From positions 37,151,218 to 37,215,217 of the forward strand of contig NC_068990.1 in NCBI RefSeq assembly GCF_001194135.2: a DNA stretch of 64,000 nucleotides, read 5' to 3'. This document shows positions 1 through 11,285 of the stretch, one piece after another (position 1 is the stretch's first letter; every line of letters starts with the position of its first letter). Below the pieces are notes generated by a model, which made no database searches, was not told the origin of the DNA, and saw only the letters and a program-made list of their open reading frames with translations. This stretch comes from Octopus bimaculoides (lineage: Eukaryota). Position numbers and translations under genes: made by a program.

Positions 1-189
1 TGCGTCATACAATATGCCTTTTACTCTGAGTGAGAGTCCCTTTGTCGCCAGCAAGGGTAAGAGCTCTCTAAACTTTGCCCAGGCTATTCTTATTCTAGCA
101 GCTACACTTTCAGTGCACCCACCCCCACTACTAAGTTGGTCGTCCAGATAGCGGAAGCTATCGACTACCTCTAGTTTTTCACCCTGGAA
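1..189 (-). mobile_element. RTE-clade LINE ORF2 fragment (region just after the RT domain), cut by window start
   Basis: Manual minus-strand translation FQGEKLEVVDSFRYLDDQLSSGGGCTESVAARIRIAWAKFRELLPLLATKGLSLRVKGILYDA; matches the RTE post-RT motif (F.YLG...S..GG....V..RI..AW..FR.L). Confidence 0.9.
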
Positions 190-983
190 TGAGATAGAAG
201 TTGTTTCCTGTTTGTTTACAGTCTTTATTGCACCTGAACATCTGCCACAAACAAAAACTAACTTGCTAGTTAACCTGCCTTTGATGTTGCTGCACCTCTT
301 ATGTGTCCATAGCTTGCACCGGGTACATCTTATAGAATTACTACCTACTCCTTTTCTACATACTGAGCAGGGCCATATATATATATGTACACATATACAT
401 ATCCATATCTATGTACCTATCTATTTCTATATCTATATATATATATATTTCTGTGTATGATTTCCTTTTGTTTCCAAGGGTCTCTTTATGTTAGTTGTGC
501 TAGTTTATTATTGCATACATTAGCAGTTCTCATCTGAACTTTTCCTTTTCTCAAATCATCCGATTAATTACTGTGAACAGAAAAGACTTAACAGACTATC
601 AATATATTTTGGTATACTTAGTGTAACAGCTCATTATTGTGAATAAATTTTAAAATTTATTTCATGTTGATTTTGGCAAATAAAATACTGAAACATTCTC
701 TTCTTTTTTTAATGAGGGAAATAAACATATTTATGCCTTTCTCTTGATATTTTAGCTATTTACAAATGTCTACTTTTACTGATATATAGAATAAATAAAC
801 ACCAATAAGGAGATACAATTCACTTCACATTATCCACTGATGAAGGTATCAAATGACTTCAGATTTCTATGAGCATCTGACTGCCAAAATACTGCATCCA
901 GAGGAAGACTCTAAAATGTGTGTGTATGAGTGTGCGCGTGTGCGTATGTATGAGTGTGTGTGTTTTTTCATGCATGTATATAT

Positions 984-1165
984 AGGCGCAGGAGTGGTTG
1001 TGTGGTAAGTAGCTTGCTTACCAGCCACATGGTTCTGGGTTTAGTCCCACTGTGTGGCACCTTGGGCAAGTGTCTTCTACTTTAGCCTCGGGCCGACCAA
1101 AGACTTGTGAGTAGATTTGGTAGACGGAAACTGAAAGAAGCCCATCATATATATGTATATATATG

Positions 1166-1212
<47 letters not shown>

Positions 1213-1415
1213 TTGTGTCTGTGTTTGTCCTCCCAACATTGCTTGACAATCGATGTTGGTGTGTTTATGTCCCCGTAACTTAGCGGTTCAGCAAAAGAGA
1301 CTGATAGAATAAGTACTAGGCTTACAAAGAATAAGTCCTAGAGTCGATTTGCTCGACTAAAGGCGGTGCTCCAGCATGGCCGCAGTCAAATGACTGAAAC
1401 AAGTAAAAGTGTAAA
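984..1415 (+). mobile_element. tRNA-derived SINE family A (CORE-like centre, internal TA/GT microsatellite), full length
   Basis: tRNA-like A/B-box head, CCTTGGGCAAGTGTCTTCTAC core, GGAAACTGAAAGAAGCCC then microsatellite, 3' end CTCCAGCATGGCCGCAGTC..GACTGAAACAAGTAAAAG; about 10 related copies in the window. Confidence 0.9.
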
Positions 1416-1509
1416 AGAGTAAAGAGTATACATATGTATATGTGTACGTATATATGCATGCAACCTCAAATATACAAATACAAACACACACACACACGCA
1501 CGCACACAT

Positions 1510-1897
1510 CTTTTATCTTTTACTTGTTTCAATCATTAGACTGCAACTATGCTAGGGCAACAAACTGAAGAAATTTTTTGTCAAATGAATCAGCACCATT
1601 ATTTTTATTTTTTAAACCTTGTATTTATTCTATTGGTCTCTTTTACCAAAACACTAGGTTACATGGACATAAACACACCAACACCAAGAAGTGGTTGGGG
1701 ACAAACACAGACACACAGACATATAAATATATATGACAGGTTTCTTTCAGTTTCCATCTGCCAAATCAAAAGTTTTTGGTTGGCATGAGACTGTAGTAAG
1801 GGGCACTTGCCTAAAGTTTTACACAGTGGGAATGAACTCAGAACCATGTGGATGGGAAGCAAAAACTTCTTACCACACAGCATATAGCCACACCTGT
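1510..1897 (-). mobile_element. SINE family A, diverged, antisense
   Basis: Reverse complement of the family A head, core and tail (TTTCAGTTTCCATCTGCCAAATC, GGCACTTGCCTAAAG, TTTTACTTGTTTCAATCATT). Confidence 0.85.
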
Positions 1898-1935
1898 GTC
1901 TATTTCTGTATATGTATGTAGAAATATATATATAT

Positions 1936-2173
1936 AAGAAACCTTCCTCCCAACCATGTGGTTCCTGGTTCAGTCCCACTGCTTGGCACCCTGGGCAAGT
2001 GTCCTCTACAGTATAGAGCTATCCAAAGCCTTGTGAGTGGATGTGGTAGATGGAAACTGAAAGAAGCCCATCGGATATATATATGTATATATCTATGTGT
2101 GTGTGTGTGTGTGTCTTTGTGTCTGTGCTTGACAACTTAATGGTTCAGCAAAAGAGACTGCCAGAATAAGTAC
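1936..2173 (+). mobile_element. SINE family A, internally deleted
   Basis: GGTTCAGTCCCACTG..CCTGGGCAAGTGTC..GGAAACTGAAAGAAGCCC, GT repeat, CAGCAAAAGAGACTG..AATAAGTAC. Confidence 0.8.
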
Positions 2174-2175
2174 AA

Positions 2176-2900
2176 AGCATTTGGTTCTGGGTTCAGTCCG
2201 GGGCTGGATTAAGACTCATCAAGGCCCTAAGCACTTAACAGATTTTGGTTCCCCCATAAAAGATTATGTCATTCAAAATATAAACAATAACAAACCATGA
2301 AATAAATATTTATTTTTCAAAACGAAACAAAACAGTAAAAGGGAAAAAACTGTTTATTTTTGTATACTTCCACTTTATTTATATTTGAAAAACTTTTTTT
2401 GAACTGCAAAGTCTTCGATCAACACATCTGCATCTATACTTAGTAGAGATAAGAGCAACCTGAATATTATTTTAGCAAGCTTACAGTGATTTCTTTTGTG
2501 CCGTAAACCATTTACCATTTCTGTGGTGCCCCCTCCTTCCATTGATGTCCTAAGCATGTGCTTATTTTGCTTAATGATTAATCCTGTGCTGGTTCAGTCA
2601 CACTGTGTGGTGCCTTGGTCAAGTGTCTTCTACTATAGCTCCAGGCTGACAAAAAGTTACGTGAGTGGATTTGGTAGACAGAAACTGAAAGAAGCCTGTC
2701 ATGTGTGAGTGTGTGTTTCATTGTTTCTCTGTGGATGTCTCCCGCCACCACTTTTGGTTTGTTTACAACAATGTAACATAACACTTTGATGAAAGAGACT
2801 GAGAGAATAAGTACCACACTGAAAAACACGTACTGGGTAGCCACTTCAACGTGATGCACCAGTATGGCCATGGGCCAATGACTGAAAAACGTAAAAGATA
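2176..2900 (+). mobile_element. SINE family A split by the hAT insertion
   Basis: Head TTGGTTCTGGGTTCAGTC (2181-2198) resumes at 2592 as GTTCAGTCACACTGTGTGGTGCCTTGGTCAAG and runs to the family tail near 2900. Confidence 0.8.
2199..2591 (-). mobile_element. Non-autonomous hAT element (393 bp) with 8-bp TSD, retaining the transposase C-terminal codons
   Basis: TSD GTTCAGTC at 2191-2198 and 2592-2599; imperfect 14-bp TIRs CGGGGCTGGATTAA / TTAATCCTGTGCTG; minus ORF ..LSLLSIDADVLIEDFAVQK resembles the end of the hAT dimerisation domain. Confidence 0.85.
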
Positions 2901-2911
2901 GAATTTATATA

Positions 2912-2914
<3 letters not shown>

Positions 2915-2966
<52 letters not shown>

Positions 2967-2979
2967 GCATATATATATA

Positions 2980-3069
<90 letters not shown>

Positions 3070-4003
3070 GAGAGAAAGAACAGTAATTATCTATGTTTCT
3101 ATTTGACCACCTATCTATCTACGCGTGCACACACACACACACACACTCCCTCTCTCTCTCACACACATTCATGTACATACATATGCCTTTCATGTGTAAG
3201 TATGCACACATATAGAGACACAGTTAGATAGATAGATAGCTAAGATATAAAAATGTTGAGATATTTATTTTCAGGTCAACATTTGTCCATTCTATTATTA
3301 TTTTCTTTTTTTTTCTTTTAACATTACATGCATGATTGTCTGGCCTATTCAATGAAAGGATATTACTGTGGCAAAATTTATGCAGATTAACGGATCGAAT
3401 ATTATTCAATTCTTTCATCTTCAAAGTGCCAAAAGACCGAAATCAAAAACTGGACATTCTCTTTACCAAATTGACACACCTTCCTCCTGCCAATATTTTT
3501 TTTTAACATATTTCTGATTTTCTTATTTGATGAGTTGAATTCCTGGTATTATGATTCAATAAGAGAATGTATATCTATATACATACATATAAGCATGCAT
3601 ACACACACACATATATATATGTAAATAAATCACACACACACACACACATATATGCATATATAGAGACATACACATATACATGAGTATGTGTGTATGTATG
3701 CACATATTGGTAAATACACATTTGTACGTATGTGAAGATACATACATGAGTGTGTGTATGAAAATATACGATAATATTTATCTGTTGGTCCTTATAAAAA
3801 TATGTGTGTAATTTTCTAACTAGGTGTTAGTATACATAAATTGGTTATACATATACATTTACAGATACTTATACATATTTACATATATACTTATATATGT
3901 ACATATACATACATGCATATATGAGCATAAATATATATATATATAAATATAAATATATATATATATAGATACATATATATATATACATATATATATGCAT
4001 GCA

Positions 4004-4036
<33 letters not shown>

Positions 4037-4230
4037 NNNNNNNNNNATATATATATATATATACACATACATACATACATATATATATTTATATATCTAT
4101 ACATACATATGCATATGTGTGTGTGTATATATGAGAGAATATATATGTTTTTTTTCGTGCGCATGTGTGTATGTACATAGAAGGGTATTTAGAACCACAT
4201 ACACACACACACACACATACACTATCTTAC
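2915..4230. repeat. Compound (CA)n/(TA)n microsatellite blocks, includes a 10-N gap at 4037-4046
   Basis: Dinucleotide arrays read directly. Confidence 0.95.
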
Positions 4231-4620
4231 ATATTTTGCATTGCAGCATGTACATACGTTTATATCCAAATTCAACTTACCATTCCTGTCTGATAATTAA
4301 CATGCCACACACCAACCACACCTTTTTTTTTTCAGAAGAATTCATAAGTCTCTGCTTCTCCCCACCACACTCTACTCTACATATACACAAAATCATTGGT
4401 AATAACCTCTTCCACTTTTCTCTTTAAAGGAAAGGAAAATAAAAATAACAACAACAAAAAAGTAATAATAAAAAATTACTTTGATTTTGGAACTCATTTT
4501 TTTTTCCTCGTTACTTATTTCACCTGCTAATATAGATAGTATTAAAATTTATTCAGAGACCACATTTTGTAGATGCATATGTATTTGTTGATAGAATATC
4601 AGTTATATATAGATATATAT

Positions 4621-5040
4621 GGCCGTGTGGTAAGAAGCTTGCTTCCCAACTGTATTGTTCCAGTTTCAGTCCCACTGTGAGGCACCTTGGGCAAGTGCTT
4701 TCTACAATAGCCTCAGGCCAACCAAAGCCTTGCGAGTGGATTTGGTAGATGGAAACTGAAAGAAGCCGGTCATATATATATATTTATATGTATGCGTCTT
4801 TGTTTGACCACCCACCATTGCTTGACGGCTGATGTGGGTGTGTTTGTGTCCCCTGAACTTAGTGGTTCTGCAAAAAAAGACACCGATAGAATAAGTACCA
4901 GGTTTACAAAGAATAAGTACCAGGTTTACAAAGAATAAGTACTGGGGTTAGTAGATTTGACCAAAAAAAAAAACCCCGATAAGGTAGTGCTCCAGCACAG
5001 CCACAGTCAAAACGACTGAAGCAAGTAAGAGAATAAAAGA
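4621..5040 (+). mobile_element. SINE family A with a 22-bp internal tandem duplication
   Basis: Family head, core and tail; AATAAGTACCAGGTTTACAAAG occurs twice at about 4890-4935. Confidence 0.85.
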
Positions 5041-5054
5041 ATATATATATGTAG

Positions 5055-5225
5055 CTTAGGTATGGCATTGTGGTTAATCAATTTGTTTCCCAACCAGATG
5101 GTTTCAAGTTCAGTTTCACTCTGTATAGCATCTTAGGACCTTTAGGCAAGTGACTTCTACAACAGCTCCAGGTTTCTAATGCCTTGTGAGTGGATTTAGT
5201 GGGCTGAAAGTGAAAGAAGCCCATT
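5055..5225 (+). mobile_element. SINE family A, 5' half, diverged
   Basis: tRNA-like head, TTTAGGCAAGTGACTTCTAC, GCCTTGTGAGTGGATTT, GAAAGAAGCCC. Confidence 0.7.
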
Positions 5226-5269
5226 ATGTACTCACATTGTAGTGCACCTGAGCACTATATATAATAATT

Positions 5270-5303
<34 letters not shown>

Positions 5304-5354
5304 GTACACAGACGCATGTACACACATATATATGCATACACATACTTAAATAAT

Positions 5355-5570
5355 CCTTACTAATATAGGCACAGGACCTGGAATTTGTGGGAAGGTGGAT
5401 AGTCGATCATATCGACTCCAGTATTTGACTGGTACTTAATTTATCGATACTCTAAGGATGAAATTTAAAATCGACCTTGGCAGAATTTGAAATCAGAATG
5501 TAAAGACAGACAAAATGTTGCTAAGCATTTTGCCCGATATGCTAATGATTCTGCCAACTTGCCACCTTAC
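5355..5570 (-). mobile_element. tRNA-derived SINE family B (Nin/Deu-domain type)
   Basis: Reverse complement carries GTCGA..TTTCATCCTT..GTATCGATAAATTAAGTACCAG, the Deu/Nin-type central motif; same family as 43085-43302. Confidence 0.8.
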
Positions 5571-5629
5571 ATATATTTATGATAAAAGGTAAAAGGGATT
5601 AATTAGTCCAGGTAGGTGTGTAGATGTCT

Positions 5630-5996
5630 ATTCTCTGTTCATATTTATTGAACATGAACTTAGCTCTCAGTTTGATTATTTTGAAGTGATTGATAATTTT
5701 GTGAAGTGAAAAGTGTGCCATGTTTATCTTTGAATGTTGCCTGGATTATAAAAGTGCTCTTTTTTCATATCTGGAAGTTTTACTTATTGAAATTTGTAAT
5801 AGGCCTAAATAAATTTAGCTTGTACTTTTAAAGATGTTCTTTGGGATAATGTGAAATATTGAACTTCAGATAGAATAAAGTAAAATATAGCAATGAATAA
5901 AAAGTGCGTAGATTATGAATTTTGATTGAAAGGACGGGGCCTCGAAACAAAAAGTTGCAGAGGGCCTCTAAAAGTCACGTGATGGAGCTGGGTCTA
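5630..5996 (+). mobile_element. 3' end of a hAT transposon (transposase C-terminus and subterminal region)
   Basis: Reads YSLFIFIEHELSSQFDYFEVIDNFVK*KVCHVYL* (compare hAT L.IE.E....DY..IID.FA..KAR); followed by GGGGCCTC..GAGGGCCTC subterminal motifs. Confidence 0.55.
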
Positions 5997-6059
5997 CCGA
6001 AGCTCAGTTCTTTGTCCTTTCTATTTATCATTGTCCTATATGTAATCAAGGCTTAAAAC

Positions 6060-6520
6060 TTGCTGTTCTTGAGGACTCTTATGAGCTGATGACCTAGCTT
6101 TTATATTTGAATGTATTGTAGATTTAGTGAAGATGTTGCAGACATGGAAAAGAAAGTTAGAATTGAGAGATGTCATGGTAAACTTAACAATGATCAAGTT
6201 GTTAGAAACAATGGCAGAATTTTGGTATGGTTAGGAAAATGCATTGCTGTACTGAATGCTAACTATTGATGCACAAGAAATTTAGTGTAACTCAGAAAAG
6301 CTTATAGAGATGACCTGAAGGAATATGCAATAAAAACACCCAGGTAAAAGATTTTCTTAAATGTTTGAATGACTCACTGGATGTAGTTGATAGTTTCTGT
6401 AACTTAGGTAATATAATTTGCAGGGGAAGCAGTTGTTCAGGAAGTACTGTAGCTTGAGTAAGAACAGAACAGAAAAATCCAGAAAGCTATTACCTCTACT
6501 GGCAACAAAGGTCTTTTTTC
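6060..6520 (+). mobile_element. Degenerate RTE LINE RT fragment
   Basis: L*ADDLAFIFECIVDLVKMLQTWKRKLELRDVMVNL (YADD motif), C..C...HK zinc-finger remnant, DSLDVVDSFCNLGNII. Confidence 0.8.
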
Positions 6521-7084
6521 AGAGGGATTGATAGACAAAATGAATCACTGATGACTGACCTGATCTGATGACAAAGGTTTGCATAGAATGCTAACCATCA
6601 ATCCCTTTTGTTTTCCCTCTGGGCCACTTCTAATATCAGCCATCACCTACTCTTCCCTTTGTTCACATTTGCTATTACCTATCATTCTCCTCTACACTAT
6701 TACCCAATAACCATGCTTTTCCTCCTTTCACCTTCTATTTCTGCTTTCTCTCTCTCTCTCACATACACACACACACTTCTATTCCCCTTCTCAGTTACCT
6801 GAACAAAAATACATGCACTAGCTTATTGAGTACTCTTTTTATTTTTACTGTGAAAAAGGCACCTCATTCACTTGTACGAGACTCCACCAAATCCTATACT
6901 TTCTGTACATCCTTTAAAGTTGCTTGCAGGTTAAACAACCTCTATAGCATTCATATCAGGAAGAAATGCACATTCAGAATACATTGTAAAGTGGATAGCA
7001 AATGCGTGGAAAATGACTAACAAATAAGAAGTGTTATGAGGTCCATTCAGACCTGTCTTGCCAACAAGGGCTTATCCACTTCTC

Positions 7085-7300
7085 TAGTGTTGGTGGTATG
7101 AGAAAATGTACCCAGTGCACTCATTAAAGTGGTTGATGATAGAAAAGGCATCCAAGTGTAGAAATCAAACCACATAACATACAAATTCCAGTCTATGGGA
7201 ACAGTGGCTCCCAATAAGAAATGGCTCTGACTGAGAACAGCCCAACCCATACTAGCCTGGAAATGGTTGTAAAATGTATCTTCATCATCATTACCAGCAT
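7085..7300 (+). mobile_element. Diverged RTE-type 3' tail
   Basis: GTGGTTGATGATAGAAAAGGCATCCAAGTGTAGAAA..CCCAACCCATACTAGCCTGGAAA then a triplet tail. Confidence 0.65.
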
Positions 7301-7399
7301 CATCATTACCATCACTTTTGTATCTGCATTCCTTTAATAGCATGGGCTGGATTGATATTTTGTGTAAGTTATTTTTTTTTTTTTTATAAGTTATTATAG

Positions 7400-7520
7400 C
7401 TAACTCTAGTGAAGTAGACTGGAGCAACATAAAGTTGCTCAAGAACAGGACACTCTACCTAGTCCAGGAAATGAAACTACGACCTTCTGATAACGAGCCC
7501 AATACTTACCACTAGGTTAT
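7400..7520 (-). mobile_element. tRNA-derived SINE family E head fragment
   Basis: Reverse complement of the head seen at 24224-24380 (GTCCTGTTCTTGAGCAAC..GTTGCTCCAGTC). Confidence 0.55.
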
Positions 7521-7654
7521 GTATCTTCACACACACATACATGCACAGCAAGCAAGATAGATTGATAGGTAGATAGACAACTAGATCAACAGAAAGATAG
7601 ACAAACAAACAGACAAGCATAGATAAGTCCATAAGTACCTGGAGAAACATATCC

Positions 7655-7685
<31 letters not shown>

Positions 7686-8484
7686 TATACTTATAGTTTT
7701 ATTTAGACTTTCATATATATTTATTTAGCTGCACTCAGTCATACCCATACACAATTCATTCTCCACTCCCTCATGCACATAGTCATACACATACACAAGT
7801 GCCCCAAAGGTGAAGCAGCTTATCTCTGGCGGAATTAGAACTTAAAATTACTGTCCATCATGTTTCAGTGTTAAAAGTTCAAGTGTTCGTTGAAATATTT
7901 ATCCCATCTTTGGAAAGCGGAAGGATTATTGCAGAATCCATTTCCTCCCAGAAGACCAGATTAAAATCATGGCTGAAACTTTATATAAATCTCATGTATC
8001 TCAGTAAATAATAATCCAACAGATTTAGATAAGAATATTATGCAAATAGTAAGAGAGAATGTTATCGTTTATCAACTTTAATGACTTATTGAAACGTGAA
8101 TAGTCTGCTAAGTTTCAACTTCCGCTAAATGTCAAGTGTTGTTCGAGCATAGTTTTGTAAATTAAAACAAAATAAGAAAAGAAAAAAATATGAGGTGGAT
8201 AAAAATAACAGTAAAATATTACGTTGTTGGTCATAGGTTTGCCAAATGTCATCAACTGTTATCTTCTTCTGTTCTTGCAGTTCTGGTTTTAGCACTTTGA
8301 TTAAGTCTAAGACTAAGACCAACAAACTTTAGACATGTTGGTAGCACAGAGGATCTTAATGTCACGGAAAAGCAGTCATTCTTTTGTTTGGAAAGGGCAT
8401 TTTGGTACATGAGGGAGATCTCTACTTCCGACTACTTATTGTCTACTGTTTGTTGTTTATGTTGTTGATGTTTCATTGCTGTTG

Positions 8485-8680
8485 CTATGCCCCAGGTTTG
8501 ATCTGGCTGACCACATTATCGTAAACTTTGCCTCGCATGACCATCCCATCTAATTTTCAGACAGTGCTTTCCAGAGCTACATAGCCTATTATGACTCACA
8601 CTATCCCTGATGGTAAAGTGTGAGTTGACAGAGATTTGACTGCCATTTCTAGTAAGGCAGCCCTACTGGAGAGTTAGTTC
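8485..8680 (-). repeat. Unclassified interspersed repeat (AAC-tailed family; relatives at about 20850-21030, 23397-24220, 55020-55130)
   Basis: Shared motifs CCCCAGG..GACC, ACATTATCC/CTA, GATTTGGCTGCTATTTCTAG across copies. Confidence 0.5.
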
Positions 8681-9639
8681 TTGAACATGTTAAAATAGAT
8701 AAATTGTCTGGGTGTATTAGTTTTACTGCTGCAAAGCTTAAGAGTTCAAATCCAGGGCAGTCATTTAATTGTTTCTGGGTAGAATACCCTCCTCAGTTCT
8801 ACTTTACTCTCAGTAGAAATAAATATTAAAAAATATAGGAATATTGTAGTATGATTTATGAATGGCATTCTTTCCTGAAGGATTTTTCTTTCATCTTCTC
8901 TGTTGGTTATGGACAGAACACCATATTCTACCTTACCTTAAGTTAGCCTAACTGTCAATGGTAATACGTACTGGATCATATAGAACAGACTAAGGTGAGG
9001 TCTGTAACAGACTAAGGTGAGGAACTGGCAGTGTTATAAGAGAATGAAATAGAATGTTTCGTAATATATATTCTGACACTCTGAGTTCAAATCCCACTGT
9101 GGCCAAAATCTTATTTTATTCCTTAGGAGTCAAGACACCCACTAGTCCTTCCTATTTTAAGCCCATCTTTCCATGTATGTACTCTATGTTGCCTCCCATG
9201 ACAATGTCAATTAACTATGATCATCTCTAATAGAAACACGTTTGTGTGAATTTGCTTGCAAACGTGTGTTAATTGCATCCACACTCGAGGCCATTAGAAC
9301 TAATAGTAAAACCAGCACATTTAACATGGAATTTCATGTATTTCATTAAATGCTGTTGTGGTCGTGGGGATAGATGTGGAGAATGATTGTTTGGATTGTG
9401 CACGACAGATGGTTCTGCAATTATTCTTGTGTGTGACATCTTTTGTAAGTGTTTTTTAAATTAATTTCAAGTTGACAAATAACTTGAGAGTGGAATTATG
9501 TGGTAGCTAGAAAGATGGAAACTGTTCAAAAGCCCATATATATATATATATATATATATAAATCAGTAAATTGTGGAGTTGTGTTAACCACACATGGAGA
9601 AATAATAGGGAGAAAAAAAAATAAATAAATGCTAAACTG

Positions 9640-10437
9640 AAAGCATATTTTAATATAGATGTGCATAAGAAGGATTAAAAAGGATTTCTAACTGGCTTTC
9701 ATTGCATGACAAATTTTCAAGAAGAGGGGAAATGAAAATAATATTTTTTACAAAAATATAAAAAATATATAAAAAAATAAATACACTAATACCTTATATT
9801 GTCTTTGAGTTTTTAAAGTTGAATGGTAATCCATGTAGATAACTGTTAGATAGATTAGGATGCATGGAATTAAAAATCATGTTGCATTTAAAAAGGGCTG
9901 AGAATTTGTGTTAAACAGGAAGTGTGTGTAAGGGGAGACAATTCTGTGGGTTTTATACTCTTTAGTTGGAGTTCTGGACTCTTTTGTCAACAGGAAGTTT
10001 GTCTGTTCTTAGAGAAAGAAGAAGTAAATTTATATGTATTTTAATGGGTAGGTGAGAGAAGGGAATATGGTCACCGAGGAATTTGTATGTTAAGAAGCGT
10101 TTGGAATTTCTCTATAAAAAGTTGTCGTTTAGTAAGGAGAGTACTAGGTGTTTTTAAAAATCTGTGTCCATTAGGACTACAGTACTACCTTTGTCAGCTT
10201 CTTTGATAGTAAGGCTTTTGTCCTGTTGTAAGTTTCATAGGTTTTTCCATTCTTTGCTATTAAAGTTGGATTTGACCTTAGTTTTGGGTGGGGTAAAAGG
10301 GAAACTCTGGATGTGGTTGCAAAAATCGTCCAATGCTTTATTTCTTCCTTTGGAAGGTATGAAGTTGCTTTTGTTTTCAATAATTAATAATTGTTTTTTT
10401 AATAAAAACCCTAAATTCTTTATATTCCCGTTCTATC
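9640..10437 (-). mobile_element. Penelope-like element ORF remnant (pre-RT region and decayed RT), cut by a gap
   Basis: Minus frame ENKSNFIPSKGRNKALDDFCNHI..KSNFNSKEWKNL*NLQQDKSLTIKEADKGSTVVLMDTDF* contains the PLE hallmark IK.ADKG..VV.MD; below about 10050 the match is weak. Confidence 0.75.
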
Positions 10438-10767
10438 NNNNNNNNNNNNNNNNNNNNNNNNNNNNNNNNNNNNNNNNNNNNNNNNNNNNNNNNNNNNNNN
10501 NNNNNNNNNNNNNNNNNNNNNNNNNNNNNNNNNNNNNNNNNNNNNNNNNNNNNNNNNNNNNNNNNNNNNNNNNNNNNNNNNNNNNNNNNNNNNNNNNNNN
10601 NNNNNNNNNNNNNNNNNNNNNNNNNNNNNNNNNNNNNNNNNNNNNNNNNNNNNNNNNNNNNNNNNNNNNNNNNNNNNNNNNNNNNNNNNNNNNNNNNNNN
10701 NNNNNNNNNNNNNNNNNNNNNNNNNNNNNNNNNNNNNNNNNNNNNNNTATATATATATATATATATA

Positions 10768-10865
10768 TATTGTATGTGTGTTTGTGTGTCTGTGTTTGTC
10801 CCCCCCCCACCATCGCTTGACAACCGATGCTGGTGTGTTTATGTCCCTGTTACTTAGAGGTTCTA
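10768..10865 (+). mobile_element. SINE family A, 3'-half fragment after a gap
   Basis: GTGTTTGTCCCCC..ACCATCGCTTGACAACCGATGCTGGTGTGTTTATGTCCC. Confidence 0.75.
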
Positions 10866-10875
10866 TATTGAAGAG

Positions 10876-10935
10876 ACGAGGAATTATGTACATTATTTAC
10901 ATTTGACAGATATTTGTCTTCATCTTGTTTGTTGT
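10876..10935 (-). mobile_element. 3' tail of SINE family D, antisense
   Basis: 10889-10934 is the reverse complement of 11238-11283 at 42/46 positions. Confidence 0.75.
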
Positions 10936-11061
10936 CCTATGCTAGGACACAACAATCCGCTAAGCAGACTGAGTGCAGATATGAACAGCATATGGGAATC
11001 AGTATTAAGGAAGGATAGGAAAATATTAGGTTTATAAGCCCTAAAATTCACTACATGATTG

Positions 11062-11285
11062 CCCACGGGTATATGGCATAGTGGTTAAGAGTGCGAGCTC
11101 CTAACCCCAAGATTCCAAGTTTGATTCCAGGCAGCGTGTGTGTGTGCACAAAATACCTTAGGAATGAGAACCCAGGTTCAAAATTTCCTCAAGACACCTG
11201 ATGAAGGCTGGAAGATATATCAGCTGAAACGTGCTCACAACAAACAAGATGAGGACAAATATCCATGAAATGTAAATAATGTATT
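11062..11285 (+). mobile_element. tRNA-derived SINE family D with a hammerhead-like segment in the 3' part
   Basis: Head GCCCACGGGTATATGGCATAGTGGTTAAGAG (A box)..GTTTGATTCC (B box); CTGATGA 11198-11204, hairpin, GAAAC 11226-11230; tail shared with 10889-10934. Confidence 0.7.
11194..11237 (+). ncRNA. Decayed minimal type I hammerhead ribozyme motif (Penelope-type)
   Basis: ACAC-CTGATGA-A-GGCTG(10-nt loop)CAGCT-GAAAC-GT; cleavage triplet reads GUG (violates NUH) and the 3' strand of helix I is lost. Confidence 0.4.

Noticed and set aside
837-900. Isolated CTGATGA motifs (837, about 11827 and 11841, 27128, minus about 49615) as hammerheads
   Set aside because: No correctly placed GAAA..UH; several such 7-mers are expected by chance in 128 kb of two-strand AT-rich sequence.
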